Source: Bellilinea caldifistulae (GTDB taxonomy: Bacteria; Chloroflexota; Anaerolineae; Anaerolineales; Anaerolineaceae). From it: 32,000 bases of DNA. Shown here piece after piece: positions 15,750-23,990 of this stretch (its first letter is position 1; each line of letters starts with the position of its first letter). The notes under the pieces were generated by a model, which did no database searches, was not told the origin of the DNA, and was given only the letters and a program-made list of their open reading frames with translations. The position numbers were made by a program, and so were the translations under genes. The stretch is from positions 90,001 to 122,000 of the forward strand of contig NZ_LGHJ01000013.1 of the NCBI RefSeq assembly GCF_001306055.1, in the 5' to 3' direction.

Positions 15750-17543
15750 TCAGGATTCAACGACCGGCAGGAAGCGGAAACGGCTTACATCCACCAGTCC
15801 GCGGTCGGAGATACGCAACGCTGGGATCACCACCAGCGCCAGTAAACTGAGTTGCATATTTGGATTATTCAATGAACATCCGCAAGCCTTAAAGCCTTGC
15901 AAGACGCTGTCGGCTTCTGCCGCCACCATTTCGGCGCGTTTGTTGGACATCAAACCGGCGATGGGAAGGTGAACCATTCCGATGATCTGGCCATCCTTGA
16001 TCACCACCTGCCCGCCGCCAACTTCTGCAAGATGATTGGCCGCCTGCGCCATCATCGCCTCATCCGTCCCCACAACAATCATGTGATGACTGTCATGAGC
16101 CACCGTAGTGGCAATCGCACATTTCTGGTCAAAACCAAACCCCGAGACCAATCCCACCTGCACAACCCCGCTGGCATGGTGGCGTTCAACCAGCGCAATT
16201 TTTGCTAGGTCGGTTTCCCCCGCCAACATCACTTGCCCATTGACCACTTTCACTTCGCGCTTCAAATGGCGAGTAGGCGCTTGATTTTCAATCACACCAA
16301 TGACATTGGCAAGTACTTTTCCATTTTCAGGGTGCTGGACAGCCAGATTAAAATCCTGCGGGGTAAGCGGACGCTTCAACCGAACCGAATGGACTGCCCA
16401 GTCGGGATAAGCATAAACCGGTAATTCGATCAGCAAATTTCCACCGCTGGCAATCACTTTCCCCTTCGCAATGACCAAATCCGCACGGAAATTGACCAGA
16501 TCTTCGACAATGACAATATCGGCAAAGCGGCCGGGAGCAATCATCCCCAGATCGCGGCTGACGCCAAAGTGAACCGCAGTGTTAAGGGTTGCCATCTGGA
16601 TTGCCTGCATCGGTTTCAACCCCTGTGCAATTGCATGGCGGAGAACACGATCCATGTGGCCTTCCTGAACGAGCGTAGCCGAATGCGAATCATCCGTGCA
16701 GAGGATGAAATGGCGCGGGTCTAAACCTAAATCTGTAACGGCTTTGACCTGAGCCGCTACATCATGCCAGGCTGAGCCGTAACGCATCATCACCTTCATC
16801 CCCTGACGCACCCGCTGAACCGCATCCTCCAGAGTTGTGCCTTCATGGTCATCCTCCGGGCCGCCGGCCACATAACCGTGAAACGGTAAACCCAGATCCG
16901 GCGAAGCGTAATGACCACCAATTACCTTCCCGGCTTTGCGGGTTTCCTCTAATTCTGCATGAACGTTTGGGTCACTGTTGAAAACGCCGGGAAAATTCAT
17001 CATCTCGCCAAGCCCGATGATTCCCTCCCACCGCATTGCCTCAGCAATCTCTTTGGGGCCAATCGCCGCACCGGGTGTTTCCAAACCGGGAGCCGAAGGA
17101 ACACACGATGGCATTTGCACGAATACGTGAATTGGCTGATTGGCTGCCTCATCCGCCATCAGCTGCACCCCTTTCAATCCAAATACATTGGCAATCTCGT
17201 GAGGGTCAATGAACATGCCGGTTGTGCCGCGGGGTGCCACGGCGCGCACAAATTCTGTCACGGTCAACATACCCGATTCGACGTGCATATGGGCATCCAG
17301 CAAGCCGGGGCTGAGGTAGCGCCCCTCGGCCTCAACGATGCGGGTGTGTTCGCCAATCGTATGCTCTGCCGAATCTCCCACAAAAGCAATTCTCCCGTCC
17401 AAAACCGCTACATCCGTAGAAGGAATAATCTCACCCGACTGCACGCAAACCCATTTGCCGTTGCGAATAACCAGGTCAGCCGGAATGCGCCCCATGGCGC
17501 AATCCACCAATCTACGAGTGTTCTCGGCGGTTAACTTTTCCAT
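15750..17543 (-). CDS. ade: adenine deaminase
   Basis: 597 aa with PGLLDAHMHVESGM, GTTGMFIDPHEIANV and CTDDSH, the length and layout typical of Ade/AdeC. GGAGGT lies 6 nt before the ATG. Confidence 0.9.
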   Translation of the reverse strand: MEKLTAENTRRLVDCAMGRIPADLVIRNGKWVCVQSGEIIPSTDVAVLDGRIAFVGDSAEHTIGEHTRIVEAEGRYLSPGLLDAHMHVESGMLTVTEFVRAVAPRGTTGMFIDPHEIANVFGLKGVQLMADEAANQPIHVFVQMPSCVPSAPGLETPGAAIGPKEIAEAMRWEGIIGLGEMMNFPGVFNSDPNVHAELEETRKAGKVIGGHYASPDLGLPFHGYVAGGPEDDHEGTTLEDAVQRVRQGMKVMMRYGSAWHDVAAQVKAVTDLGLDPRHFILCTDDSHSATLVQEGHMDRVLRHAIAQGLKPMQAIQMATLNTAVHFGVSRDLGMIAPGRFADIVIVEDLVNFRADLVIAKGKVIASGGNLLIELPVYAYPDWAVHSVRLKRPLTPQDFNLAVQHPENGKVLANVIGVIENQAPTRHLKREVKVVNGQVMLAGETDLAKIALVERHHASGVVQVGLVSGFGFDQKCAIATTVAHDSHHMIVVGTDEAMMAQAANHLAEVGGGQVVIKDGQIIGMVHLPIAGLMSNKRAEMVAAEADSVLQGFKACGCSLNNPNMQLSLLALVVIPALRISDRGLVDVSRFRFLPVVES

Positions 17544-17568
17544 TTCTCTACCTCCGGTAAGAACGCAA

Positions 17569-17590
17569 CCTGTTTCTCAGAAGAAACAGG
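17569..17590 (-). promoter_or_regulatory. intercistronic hairpin between the two deaminase genes
   Basis: CCTGTTTCT / AGAAACAGG form a 9-bp perfect stem with a 4-nt loop. On the minus-strand RNA it is followed by UUGCGUUCUU, so it may be a weak attenuator or stabiliser. Confidence 0.4.
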
Positions 17591-17596
17591 TCGCTG

Positions 17597-18985
17597 CTAA
17601 ATGGATAATAAGCGTCTTGCCCGTTGGTTGTGAAGTTCAATCTGACGCATCAGGTCAATCGTCTGCAATTCACCCTTGCGGACGATGAAACGGCCATGCA
17701 CGGCGGTGTAATCCACCGGGCGCGGTTGACAAAATACCAGCGCTGCTACCGGGTCATGCAGCGCACCGGCGTAGTCCAATCGGTTCAGGTTGATGGCGAT
17801 AAAATCCGCGCATTTTCCAACTTCCAGCGAGCCGATGTCGGTGCGTCCCAGCACGGCCGCTCCGCCGCGGGTAGCCAGTTCCAATGCCTGCCGGGCAGTC
17901 ATCAAAGGTGGTGCGGCTTCCTGACTGAGAGAAGCGCCCGCCAGACCTGCCCCCAGGCGTGCCAGCAACATCGCCTGACGCGCCTCAGCCAGCATATGCG
18001 AACCGTCGTTGGAAGCGGAGCCGTCCACGCCCAGCCCCACCTTCACCCCGGCTTGCAGGTAATTCATCACCGGTGCAATGCCCGAAGCCAACCGCATATT
18101 CGAAGAGGGACAATGCGCAACCCCGCAGCCCGTATGGGCAAAAACCTGAATCTCGGCCGGGTTGACATGAACGGCATGGGCAAACCAGACATCCTCACCC
18201 ACCCATTCAAGCGATTCCATGTAACCGACCGGCCGATAGCCAAACTTCTGCTGGCAGAAAACCTCTTCATCCTGCGTTTCGGCCAGATGGGTGTGCAAAT
18301 GAACCCCGTACTCCCGCGCCAGCCGGGCGCTCTCGCGCATCAGCTCGCCCGTGACGCTGAAAGGCGAACACGGTGCCAGCACAATTTGCACCATGGAACC
18401 GGGATTGGGATCATGGTAGGTTTGAATCAAACGCTGCGAATCGCGCAGAATGTCCTCCTCGCTGTCCACCACCGAGTCGGGCGGCAAACCACCCTTGCTT
18501 TCACCCAGACTCATCGAACCCCGCGAGGCATGAATACGCAGCCCAACCTGGCGGGCTGCTTCGATTTCATCATCCAGCCGCGAACCATTCGGGAAAAGGT
18601 ACAGGTGATCCGATGCAGTGGTGCAGCCGGAGAGCGCCAGCTCTGCCAGCGCGGTTTGGGTCGAGATGAAGATATCTTCGGGATTCATCCGCGCCCAAAT
18701 GGGATACAGCGTTTTCAACCAGTTGAACAAATTAGCATCCTGAGCAGCCGGTACCGCCCGCGTCAGGGTCTGGTAAAAATGGTGATGGGTATTGATCAAA
18801 CCGGGCAGCACCACATGACCGGAAAGATCCAGTACCTCATCGGCGGTTTGGGGCAATTCTTCGCTTTTACCAACCTGTTCTATAAAGCCATCGCGGATGA
18901 AAAGACCTCCACCCGCAATCTCGCGGCGGAGGCCATCCATCGTGACCAGAACCATAGCATTTTTGACGAGCAGCGTTTGCGTCAT
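17597..18985 (-). CDS. COG0402-type amidohydrolase, 8-oxoguanine deaminase-like (guanine/cytosine deaminase, SsnA relatives)
   Basis: LPGLINTHHHFYQTLTR is a signature I associate with 8-oxoguanine/isoxanthopterin deaminases. Also HLHTHLAETQDE, FAHAVH and GLGVDGSASND. The exact substrate is not determinable from sequence. Confidence 0.75.
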   Translation of the reverse strand: MTQTLLVKNAMVLVTMDGLRREIAGGGLFIRDGFIEQVGKSEELPQTADEVLDLSGHVVLPGLINTHHHFYQTLTRAVPAAQDANLFNWLKTLYPIWARMNPEDIFISTQTALAELALSGCTTASDHLYLFPNGSRLDDEIEAARQVGLRIHASRGSMSLGESKGGLPPDSVVDSEEDILRDSQRLIQTYHDPNPGSMVQIVLAPCSPFSVTGELMRESARLAREYGVHLHTHLAETQDEEVFCQQKFGYRPVGYMESLEWVGEDVWFAHAVHVNPAEIQVFAHTGCGVAHCPSSNMRLASGIAPVMNYLQAGVKVGLGVDGSASNDGSHMLAEARQAMLLARLGAGLAGASLSQEAAPPLMTARQALELATRGGAAVLGRTDIGSLEVGKCADFIAINLNRLDYAGALHDPVAALVFCQPRPVDYTAVHGRFIVRKGELQTIDLMRQIELHNQRARRLLSI

Positions 18986-19029
18986 GGTAAAACCATTCTC
19001 GTTTTTTGAACAGGGGTGGGGAAAATCCT

Positions 19030-19093
19030 CTGATCAGACATCAGACAATCTCAGTTTAATGGATTTCGGTTTCTCTGTCAATTGTCAGACAAT
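19030..19093 (-). promoter_or_regulatory. sigma70-type promoter of the deaminase-gntR operon, flanked by repeated TCAGACA(AT) / TnGTnnnACnA operator-like sites
   Basis: Minus strand reads TTGACA (19081-19076), a 17-nt spacer, then TAAACT (19058-19053). The palindrome ATTGTCAGACAAT (19081-19093) abuts the -35. Tandem TCAGACA TCAGACAAT (19034-19049) and the palindrome CTGATCAGACATCAG cover the predicted start site. Confidence 0.55.
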
Positions 19094-19103
19094 ATGATTT
19101 TCG

Positions 19104-19985
19104 TCACATTTTATCGGCCAGTTCGGCTGCCCGCAGGGTATTTTGCAGGAGCATCGCAATCGTCATCGGCCCTACCCCGCCCGGTACCGGCGTAATGTAA
19201 CTGGCAACTTCCTTAACCTCATCGAAGGCAACATCCCCAACCAGGCGCGAGCCTTTGGGATGATTGGGGTCTTCGATCCGATTGATGCCGACATCAATTA
19301 CCACTGCACCCGGTTTAACCCAATCACCGCGTACCATCTCGGCTTTGCCAACCGCAGCAATCAGCACATCGGCCTGACGCACTACCACCTGCAAATCGCG
19401 GGTGCGCGAATGGCAGATGGTCACCGTTGCATCCTCGCGCACCAGCAGCAAGGCAACCGGCATCCCCACAATGTTAGAACGACCCAACACCACCGCATTT
19501 ACTCCCCGCAAAGAAGGCAAGGTCTTCTTCAACAGGTAAATACAACCGGCCGGTGTACAGGGGACAAAAGCCGGTTCGCGTCCTTTTTGAGCCAGACGGC
19601 CGATATTGACCGGGTGAAAACCATCCACATCTTTATGAAGGCTGATGGTATTCAAAACCGCTTCTTCATCCAGCCCGGCAGGCAGGGGAAGCTGCACCAG
19701 AATGCCGTGAATGCGCGGATCTTCATTGCACTCCCGAACAACTTTTTCCACCTGCTCCTGGGTAGCATCGGCCGGCAATTCAAATCCAAATGACTCAATG
19801 CCAACCTCTGCACAGGCTTTGCGCTTGGAACGAACATAGACATGCGAGGCTGGATTGTCGCCCACCAGCACGGTCGCCAAACCCGGTCTGGGTTTTCCGG
19901 CGGCAATCCTCTCCTCAACCGCCATTTTAACCTGCGCCCGAACTTCCTCTGCAATCAACTTGCCGTCAATTATTGCAGCCGTCAT
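19104..19985 (-). CDS. folD: bifunctional methylenetetrahydrofolate dehydrogenase / methenyltetrahydrofolate cyclohydrolase
   Basis: MTAAIIDGKLIAEEVR, PGLATVLVGDNPASHVYVRSKRKA and GRSNIVGMPVALLL. AAGGAG lies 7 nt before the ATG at 19985, and the 33-codon ORF-track extension to 20084 has no homolog-like sequence. Confidence 0.9.
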   Translation of the reverse strand: MTAAIIDGKLIAEEVRAQVKMAVEERIAAGKPRPGLATVLVGDNPASHVYVRSKRKACAEVGIESFGFELPADATQEQVEKVVRECNEDPRIHGILVQLPLPAGLDEEAVLNTISLHKDVDGFHPVNIGRLAQKGREPAFVPCTPAGCIYLLKKTLPSLRGVNAVVLGRSNIVGMPVALLLVREDATVTICHSRTRDLQVVVRQADVLIAAVGKAEMVRGDWVKPGAVVIDVGINRIEDPNHPKGSRLVGDVAFDEVKEVASYITPVPGGVGPMTIAMLLQNTLRAAELADKM

Positions 19986-20145
19986 TCTTCGCTCCTTTCT
20001 TTCAGCTAATTTTTCGGCAGTCTGCGCCGTTTTTACCCGCCTGTTGAGTTGTTCAGTTATCTGACAATGCTGGGATAATTCCATTATACCGATTTTTCAG
20101 AAAAAGGCATCCTTCTCGAAGAGTTTAAAATCAAAGGGACAGGTT

Positions 20146-20175
20146 TTGCATAGAGACAACACTTTCCGTTATAAT
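20146..20175 (+). promoter_or_regulatory. candidate promoter of ugd
   Basis: TTGCAT (20146-20151), an 18-nt spacer, then TATAAT (20170-20175), 27 nt upstream of the AGGAGG-preceded ATG at 20203. The ORF-track start codon (TTG at 20146) is in fact this -35 element. Confidence 0.45.
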
Positions 20176-20202
20176 TCAAATCAACAGGAGGATCGCGAAC
20201 CC

Positions 20203-21534
20203 ATGAGTAAAATTTGTGTCATTGGAACCGGTTACGTCGGGCTGGTAACCGGAACTTGCTTTGCCGACCTTGGCAACGAAGTTCACTGTCTGGATATTGA
20301 TCATCAGCGCATCGAAAAATTAAAACAAGGCATTATGCCGATTTATGAACCCGGCCTTGAACAACTGGTCAGTCAGAATGTCAAAGCCGGGCGTTTGATT
20401 TTTACCACCAACTACGAAGAGGCACTGGAATCGGCTGAATTTGCCTTTATTGCTGTGGGTACGCCCTCCGGCGTGGATGGCGAAGCCGATCTACAATACG
20501 TTCGCGCAGCTGCCGAGAAAATTGCCGATCTGGTGGACCACCCGATTATTGTCGTCAACAAATCCACCGTACCGGTTGGTACCGGTGACTGGGTGGCAGA
20601 CATCATCCGCAAACGTCGCGCCGGTAAACCGCTGGATTTCGATGTGGTCTCCAACCCGGAATTTTTACGCGAGGGTTCGGCCATCAACGATTTCATGTAC
20701 CCCGACCGAATCGTGCTGGGTTCGGTCAACCGCGAGGCAGCCTCAAAGGTGGCACAACTCTACCTGAGCCTGCGCTGCCCGATCATGATCACCGACCTGC
20801 GCACAGCTGAAATGATCAAGTATGCCTCAAACGCCTTTTTAGCCACCAAAATCTCCTTTATTAACGAAATGGCAAATATCTGCGAAGAATTGGGTGCAGA
20901 TGTGCGTCAGGTTGCTCAGGGCATGGGCATGGATAAACGGATTGGTCACGCATTTCTGGATGCAGGTCTGGGTTGGGGCGGCTCGTGCTTCCCCAAAGAC
21001 GTTAAAGCCCTTGCCCACATGGCGGTGCTCCACGGCACCAGTCCTCAACTGCTGCAAGCCGTCATGGATATTAACCGAAATCAGCGCCGCCGGGTCGTTC
21101 TACGCCTGCGTAAGGCGCTTGGTTCGCTGGACGAAAAAGTCATCGGGGTATTGGGGCTTTCCTTCAAACCCAATACCGATGATATTCGCGAAGCTCCGGC
21201 TCTTGAGGTGATTCATCTGTTGCAGGTCGAAGGGGCAATTGTCAAAGCCTACGATCCTCAGGCAATGGAAGCTGCCCGCACGATGCTGCCCAAAGTGCAT
21301 TTGTGCAGTAACCCCTATGAGGTTGCAGATGGCGCTGATGCTCTGGTACTCGCCACGGAATGGAACGAGTTCAAGCAACTTGATTTTGAACGAATAGCCG
21401 GGCTGATGCGCAATAAATTGATCATGGACGGGCGTAACCTATGGGATCCTGAACGCCTGCGCCAGTATGGCTTTACCTATTATGGAATTGGGCGTCCCTC
21501 GCTCAACGGCAGCGACCAGAGCGGTTGCCCCTGA
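20203..21534 (+). CDS. ugd: UDP-glucose 6-dehydrogenase
   Basis: [27 protein letters not shown] is the Rossmann fold, and [10 protein letters not shown] holds the catalytic Cys. AGGAGG lies upstream of the ATG at 20203. Confidence 0.9.
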   Translation: MSKICVIGTGYVGLVTGTCFADLGNEVHCLDIDHQRIEKLKQGIMPIYEPGLEQLVSQNVKAGRLIFTTNYEEALESAEFAFIAVGTPSGVDGEADLQYVRAAAEKIADLVDHPIIVVNKSTVPVGTGDWVADIIRKRRAGKPLDFDVVSNPEFLREGSAINDFMYPDRIVLGSVNREAASKVAQLYLSLRCPIMITDLRTAEMIKYASNAFLATKISFINEMANICEELGADVRQVAQGMGMDKRIGHAFLDAGLGWGGSCFPKDVKALAHMAVLHGTSPQLLQAVMDINRNQRRRVVLRLRKALGSLDEKVIGVLGLSFKPNTDDIREAPALEVIHLLQVEGAIVKAYDPQAMEAARTMLPKVHLCSNPYEVADGADALVLATEWNEFKQLDFERIAGLMRNKLIMDGRNLWDPERLRQYGFTYYGIGRPSLNGSDQSGCP

Positions 21535-21555
21535 AAACTCTCAATCCACTCAATC

Positions 21556-21582
21556 GCCGGGCGCCTGAAAAGGGTGCCCGGC
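21556..21582 (+). terminator. possible weak terminator hairpin after ugd
   Basis: GCCGGGCGCC (21556-21565) pairs with GGTGCCCGGC (21573-21582) over 10 bp including one G-U pair, with a 7-nt loop. No clear T-tract follows, so read-through into the methyltransferase gene is likely. Confidence 0.25.
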
Positions 21583-21616
21583 ATGCTGTTGAGCATCCCA
21601 ATCGAGGTTTAGCCGC

Positions 21617-22408
21617 ATGTTGCCAACCACTTGGTTGAATCAGGTCCTCAATCAGGATGCGCTGGAAGGCATCCCCCACCTGCCAGATGCAAGCATTGAT
21701 CTGGTGATTGCAGACCCGCCTTATGGATTGGGTAAAGATTATGGCAACGATTCAGACCGCCGCAACCCCGAAGAATTGCTCAACTGGACATACCGCTGGA
21801 TTGATCTGGTGCTGCCAAAACTCAAACCAAGCGGCAGCCTGTATATTTTCACCACATGGCGCTACAGCCCGGAAATCTTCATCTACCTCAAGCAGCGCAT
21901 GATCATGATTAACGAAATCATCTGGGATCGCAAGGTACCCAGCATGGGCGGAACAACCCGCCGCTTTACCTCGGTACACGATACCATTGGATTATTCGCT
22001 AAAACTCAACAGTATTACTTCGATCTCGACTCTGTCCGCATCCCCTATGACCCGCAGACCAAAAAAGCCCGCTCGCGTTCGATTTTCGTCGGAAAAAAGT
22101 GGCTGGAAGTGGGGTACAATCCCAAAGATGTCTGGTCGGTCAGCCGCTTGCACCGCATTCACAATGAACGCGAGAATCACCCCACTCAGAAGCCCCTCGA
22201 AATCATTGAAAGGATGGTTAAAGCTTCTTGCCCGCGCGGGGGAGTCGTCCTCGACCCCTTTGCTGGTTCTGGGACAACCATAGCAGCCTGCATCCTCCAC
22301 CAGCGAAATTACATTGCCTTTGAAATCAACCCCCAGTATTATCAGATCATCCTGAAACGAATTGAAAAAATCAAGCGGGAGTCTGTCGAACAATCCCGTG
22401 AATCTTGA
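21617..22408 (+). CDS. beta-class (motif IV before motif I) DNA methyltransferase, probably N6-adenine; no partner nuclease seen
   Basis: LVIADPPYG (motif IV, DPPY) is N-terminal. HPTQKP and VLDPFAGSGTT (motif I) are C-terminal. This is the N4/N6 MTase (PF01555-like) architecture. Confidence 0.85.
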   Translation: MLPTTWLNQVLNQDALEGIPHLPDASIDLVIADPPYGLGKDYGNDSDRRNPEELLNWTYRWIDLVLPKLKPSGSLYIFTTWRYSPEIFIYLKQRMIMINEIIWDRKVPSMGGTTRRFTSVHDTIGLFAKTQQYYFDLDSVRIPYDPQTKKARSRSIFVGKKWLEVGYNPKDVWSVSRLHRIHNERENHPTQKPLEIIERMVKASCPRGGVVLDPFAGSGTTIAACILHQRNYIAFEINPQYYQIILKRIEKIKRESVEQSRES

Positions 22409-22538
22409 TGGAATTGGGTTTGCCTTTTAAAAACTCAGGGTTTAACCCATTCTTAACATTTGGGAGAAACCCAAAGGATCCCTTTTCATATATTATGATG
22501 ACGAGAAGAGAACATTCATTTCAGTAAAGGAGTATCTC

Positions 22539-23312
22539 ATGGAGCAAATCCTCAGCCTGGCAGCCTGTCTTGTACCCCTGTTATTTGTTGCGATTTTCTT
22601 GCTGTTTTCTTCCATCAAGCAACTCTATCAGTACGAACGTGGCGTAGTATTCACGCTGGGTAAATTCAGCGGCACACGCAACCCCGGTCTGACCCTGATC
22701 TTTCCCGTTATCCAGACCATGCGAAAGGTAGATATGCGCATCAAAACCGCTGATGTGCCGCGTCAGGAAGTCATGACCAAGGACAACATCCCCATGCTGG
22801 TCAATGCAGTGGTTTATTTCAAAGTCGTCCGCCCCGAAGATGTCGTCATCAAAATCGAAGACCATGTGTATGCCATCCGCCAGTACACTCAGGCTGCTTT
22901 GAGGGATGTGATCGGCAACCACGAATTGGATTTTGTGCTGAGCGAGCGCGAAAAAATTGCCAATAGCATCAAGGAGATTGTAGATGCTGAAACCAGCGGG
23001 TGGGGTGTGGATGTGGAAAGCATCAAGATTCAGGAAATTGAACTCCCTGCCGAGATGAAACGCGCCATGGCTAAACAGGCCGAAGCCGAGCGGGAACGAC
23101 GCGCCATGATCATTGCTTCGCAGGGTGAACTTTCAGCCGCAGAAAACCTGCGCCAGGCCGCCGAAACCCTTGCTCAATCCGCCGGGGCATTGCACCTGCG
23201 CACCTTACAGACCATCCGCGACATTGCCGCTGATCCTTCTGAAAAGATTGTCTTATTCGTTCCATCGGACATCAACAACACCCTCAGCACCATCATGAGC
23301 AAGAAAGAATGA
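22539..23312 (+). CDS. SPFH/band-7 (stomatin/slipin-like) membrane protein
   Basis: One N-terminal TM helix, then YERGVVFTLGKF...TKDNIPMLVNAVVYFKV and a coiled AEMKRAMAKQAEAERERRA segment. AAGGAG lies 7 nt before the ATG. Confidence 0.85.
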   Translation: MEQILSLAACLVPLLFVAIFLLFSSIKQLYQYERGVVFTLGKFSGTRNPGLTLIFPVIQTMRKVDMRIKTADVPRQEVMTKDNIPMLVNAVVYFKVVRPEDVVIKIEDHVYAIRQYTQAALRDVIGNHELDFVLSEREKIANSIKEIVDAETSGWGVDVESIKIQEIELPAEMKRAMAKQAEAERERRAMIIASQGELSAAENLRQAAETLAQSAGALHLRTLQTIRDIAADPSEKIVLFVPSDINNTLSTIMSKKE

Positions 23313-23986
23313 GCCGCAACCTTCTCGACACCAAAACTCGCTACCTGCAACTTGCTTTCAATTACGACCTCTCGCTTGCCAGACAGATTATTCCCTCTCT
23401 GCCGAAAAATGAGCGGATCTTTATTGAAGCAGGCACTCCCTATCTCAAGTACGAGGGGATGCGTGGTCTCCGCGAAATGCGCCGTATGTGGAAGGGTCAC
23501 ATTGTTGCAGACTTGAAGGTCAGCGATGGAGGACGTCAGGAAGTCGAAATGGCACATCAGGCTGGGGCAACCGCGGTTACGGCACTGGGCAGTTCACCGG
23601 TTGAAACGCTCAATCATTTCGTAAGCCGGTGTGCCGAATTGAGCATGATTTCCATGCTGGACATGCTTGGGGTAGACGATCCGCTTGAAAGGGTCATGAA
23701 AATGCGCCACCCGCCCGATGTCGTCATTCTCCACCGCGGGCGGGATGAGGAAAGCACCCGCGGCAAGGTGATTCAATACCGGCACGTCAACCGCTTGCGC
23801 AGTAAATTTGATGTGGTCATTTCGGCTGCCGGCGGGGTGGACTTGCGCGAGGCGCGCAGCGCCATCTTCAACGGCGCCAACATCGTGGTGGTCAATCTGG
23901 TCAAACCCGGAGACGATTGGCAGGGCATCCGCACCGATCAGGATGTGCCTGCCATCGCTGCCGAATTCTTGACCACAATCGAGTAA
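23309..23986 (+). CDS. OMP-decarboxylase suprafamily protein, 3-hexulose-6-phosphate synthase / KGPDC-like
   Basis: By-eye alignment to HPS: LQLAFNY (HPS has LQVAIDL), FIEAGTPYLK, IVADLKVSDGG (the D-x-K-x-x-D core), VTALG, ILHRGRDEE and ISAAGGV. Its start overlaps the SPFH stop (ATGA). Confidence 0.6.
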   Translation: MSRNLLDTKTRYLQLAFNYDLSLARQIIPSLPKNERIFIEAGTPYLKYEGMRGLREMRRMWKGHIVADLKVSDGGRQEVEMAHQAGATAVTALGSSPVETLNHFVSRCAELSMISMLDMLGVDDPLERVMKMRHPPDVVILHRGRDEESTRGKVIQYRHVNRLRSKFDVVISAAGGVDLREARSAIFNGANIVVVNLVKPGDDWQGIRTDQDVPAIAAEFLTTIE

Positions 23987-23990
23987 ACTT

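Noticed and set aside
17624-19009. 461-aa ORF on the plus strand covering the whole amidohydrolase gene in antisense
   Set aside because: Its codon phase is exactly aligned with the minus-strand gene (17624-17597 = 27). A stop would therefore require TTA, CTA or TCA codons in the real gene, and these are avoided here. The product is an Arg/Gln/His/Gly-rich shadow with no recognisable domain, whereas the minus-strand product has clear amidohydrolase motifs.
19986-20130. Possible ZTP or THF riboswitch in the folD leader
   Set aside because: I looked for the conserved ZTP (pfl) elements and THF-type three-way junction features and found only a loose GACUGCCG. There is no matching pseudoknot partner or CGCCUGGGC-type 3-prime hairpin.
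20146-22408. A restriction-modification or other defence system around the methyltransferase
   Set aside because: The neighbours are UDP-glucose dehydrogenase and an SPFH protein. No ORF of 60 aa or more in any frame nearby shows nuclease, helicase or ATPase motifs, so only an orphan MTase can be supported.
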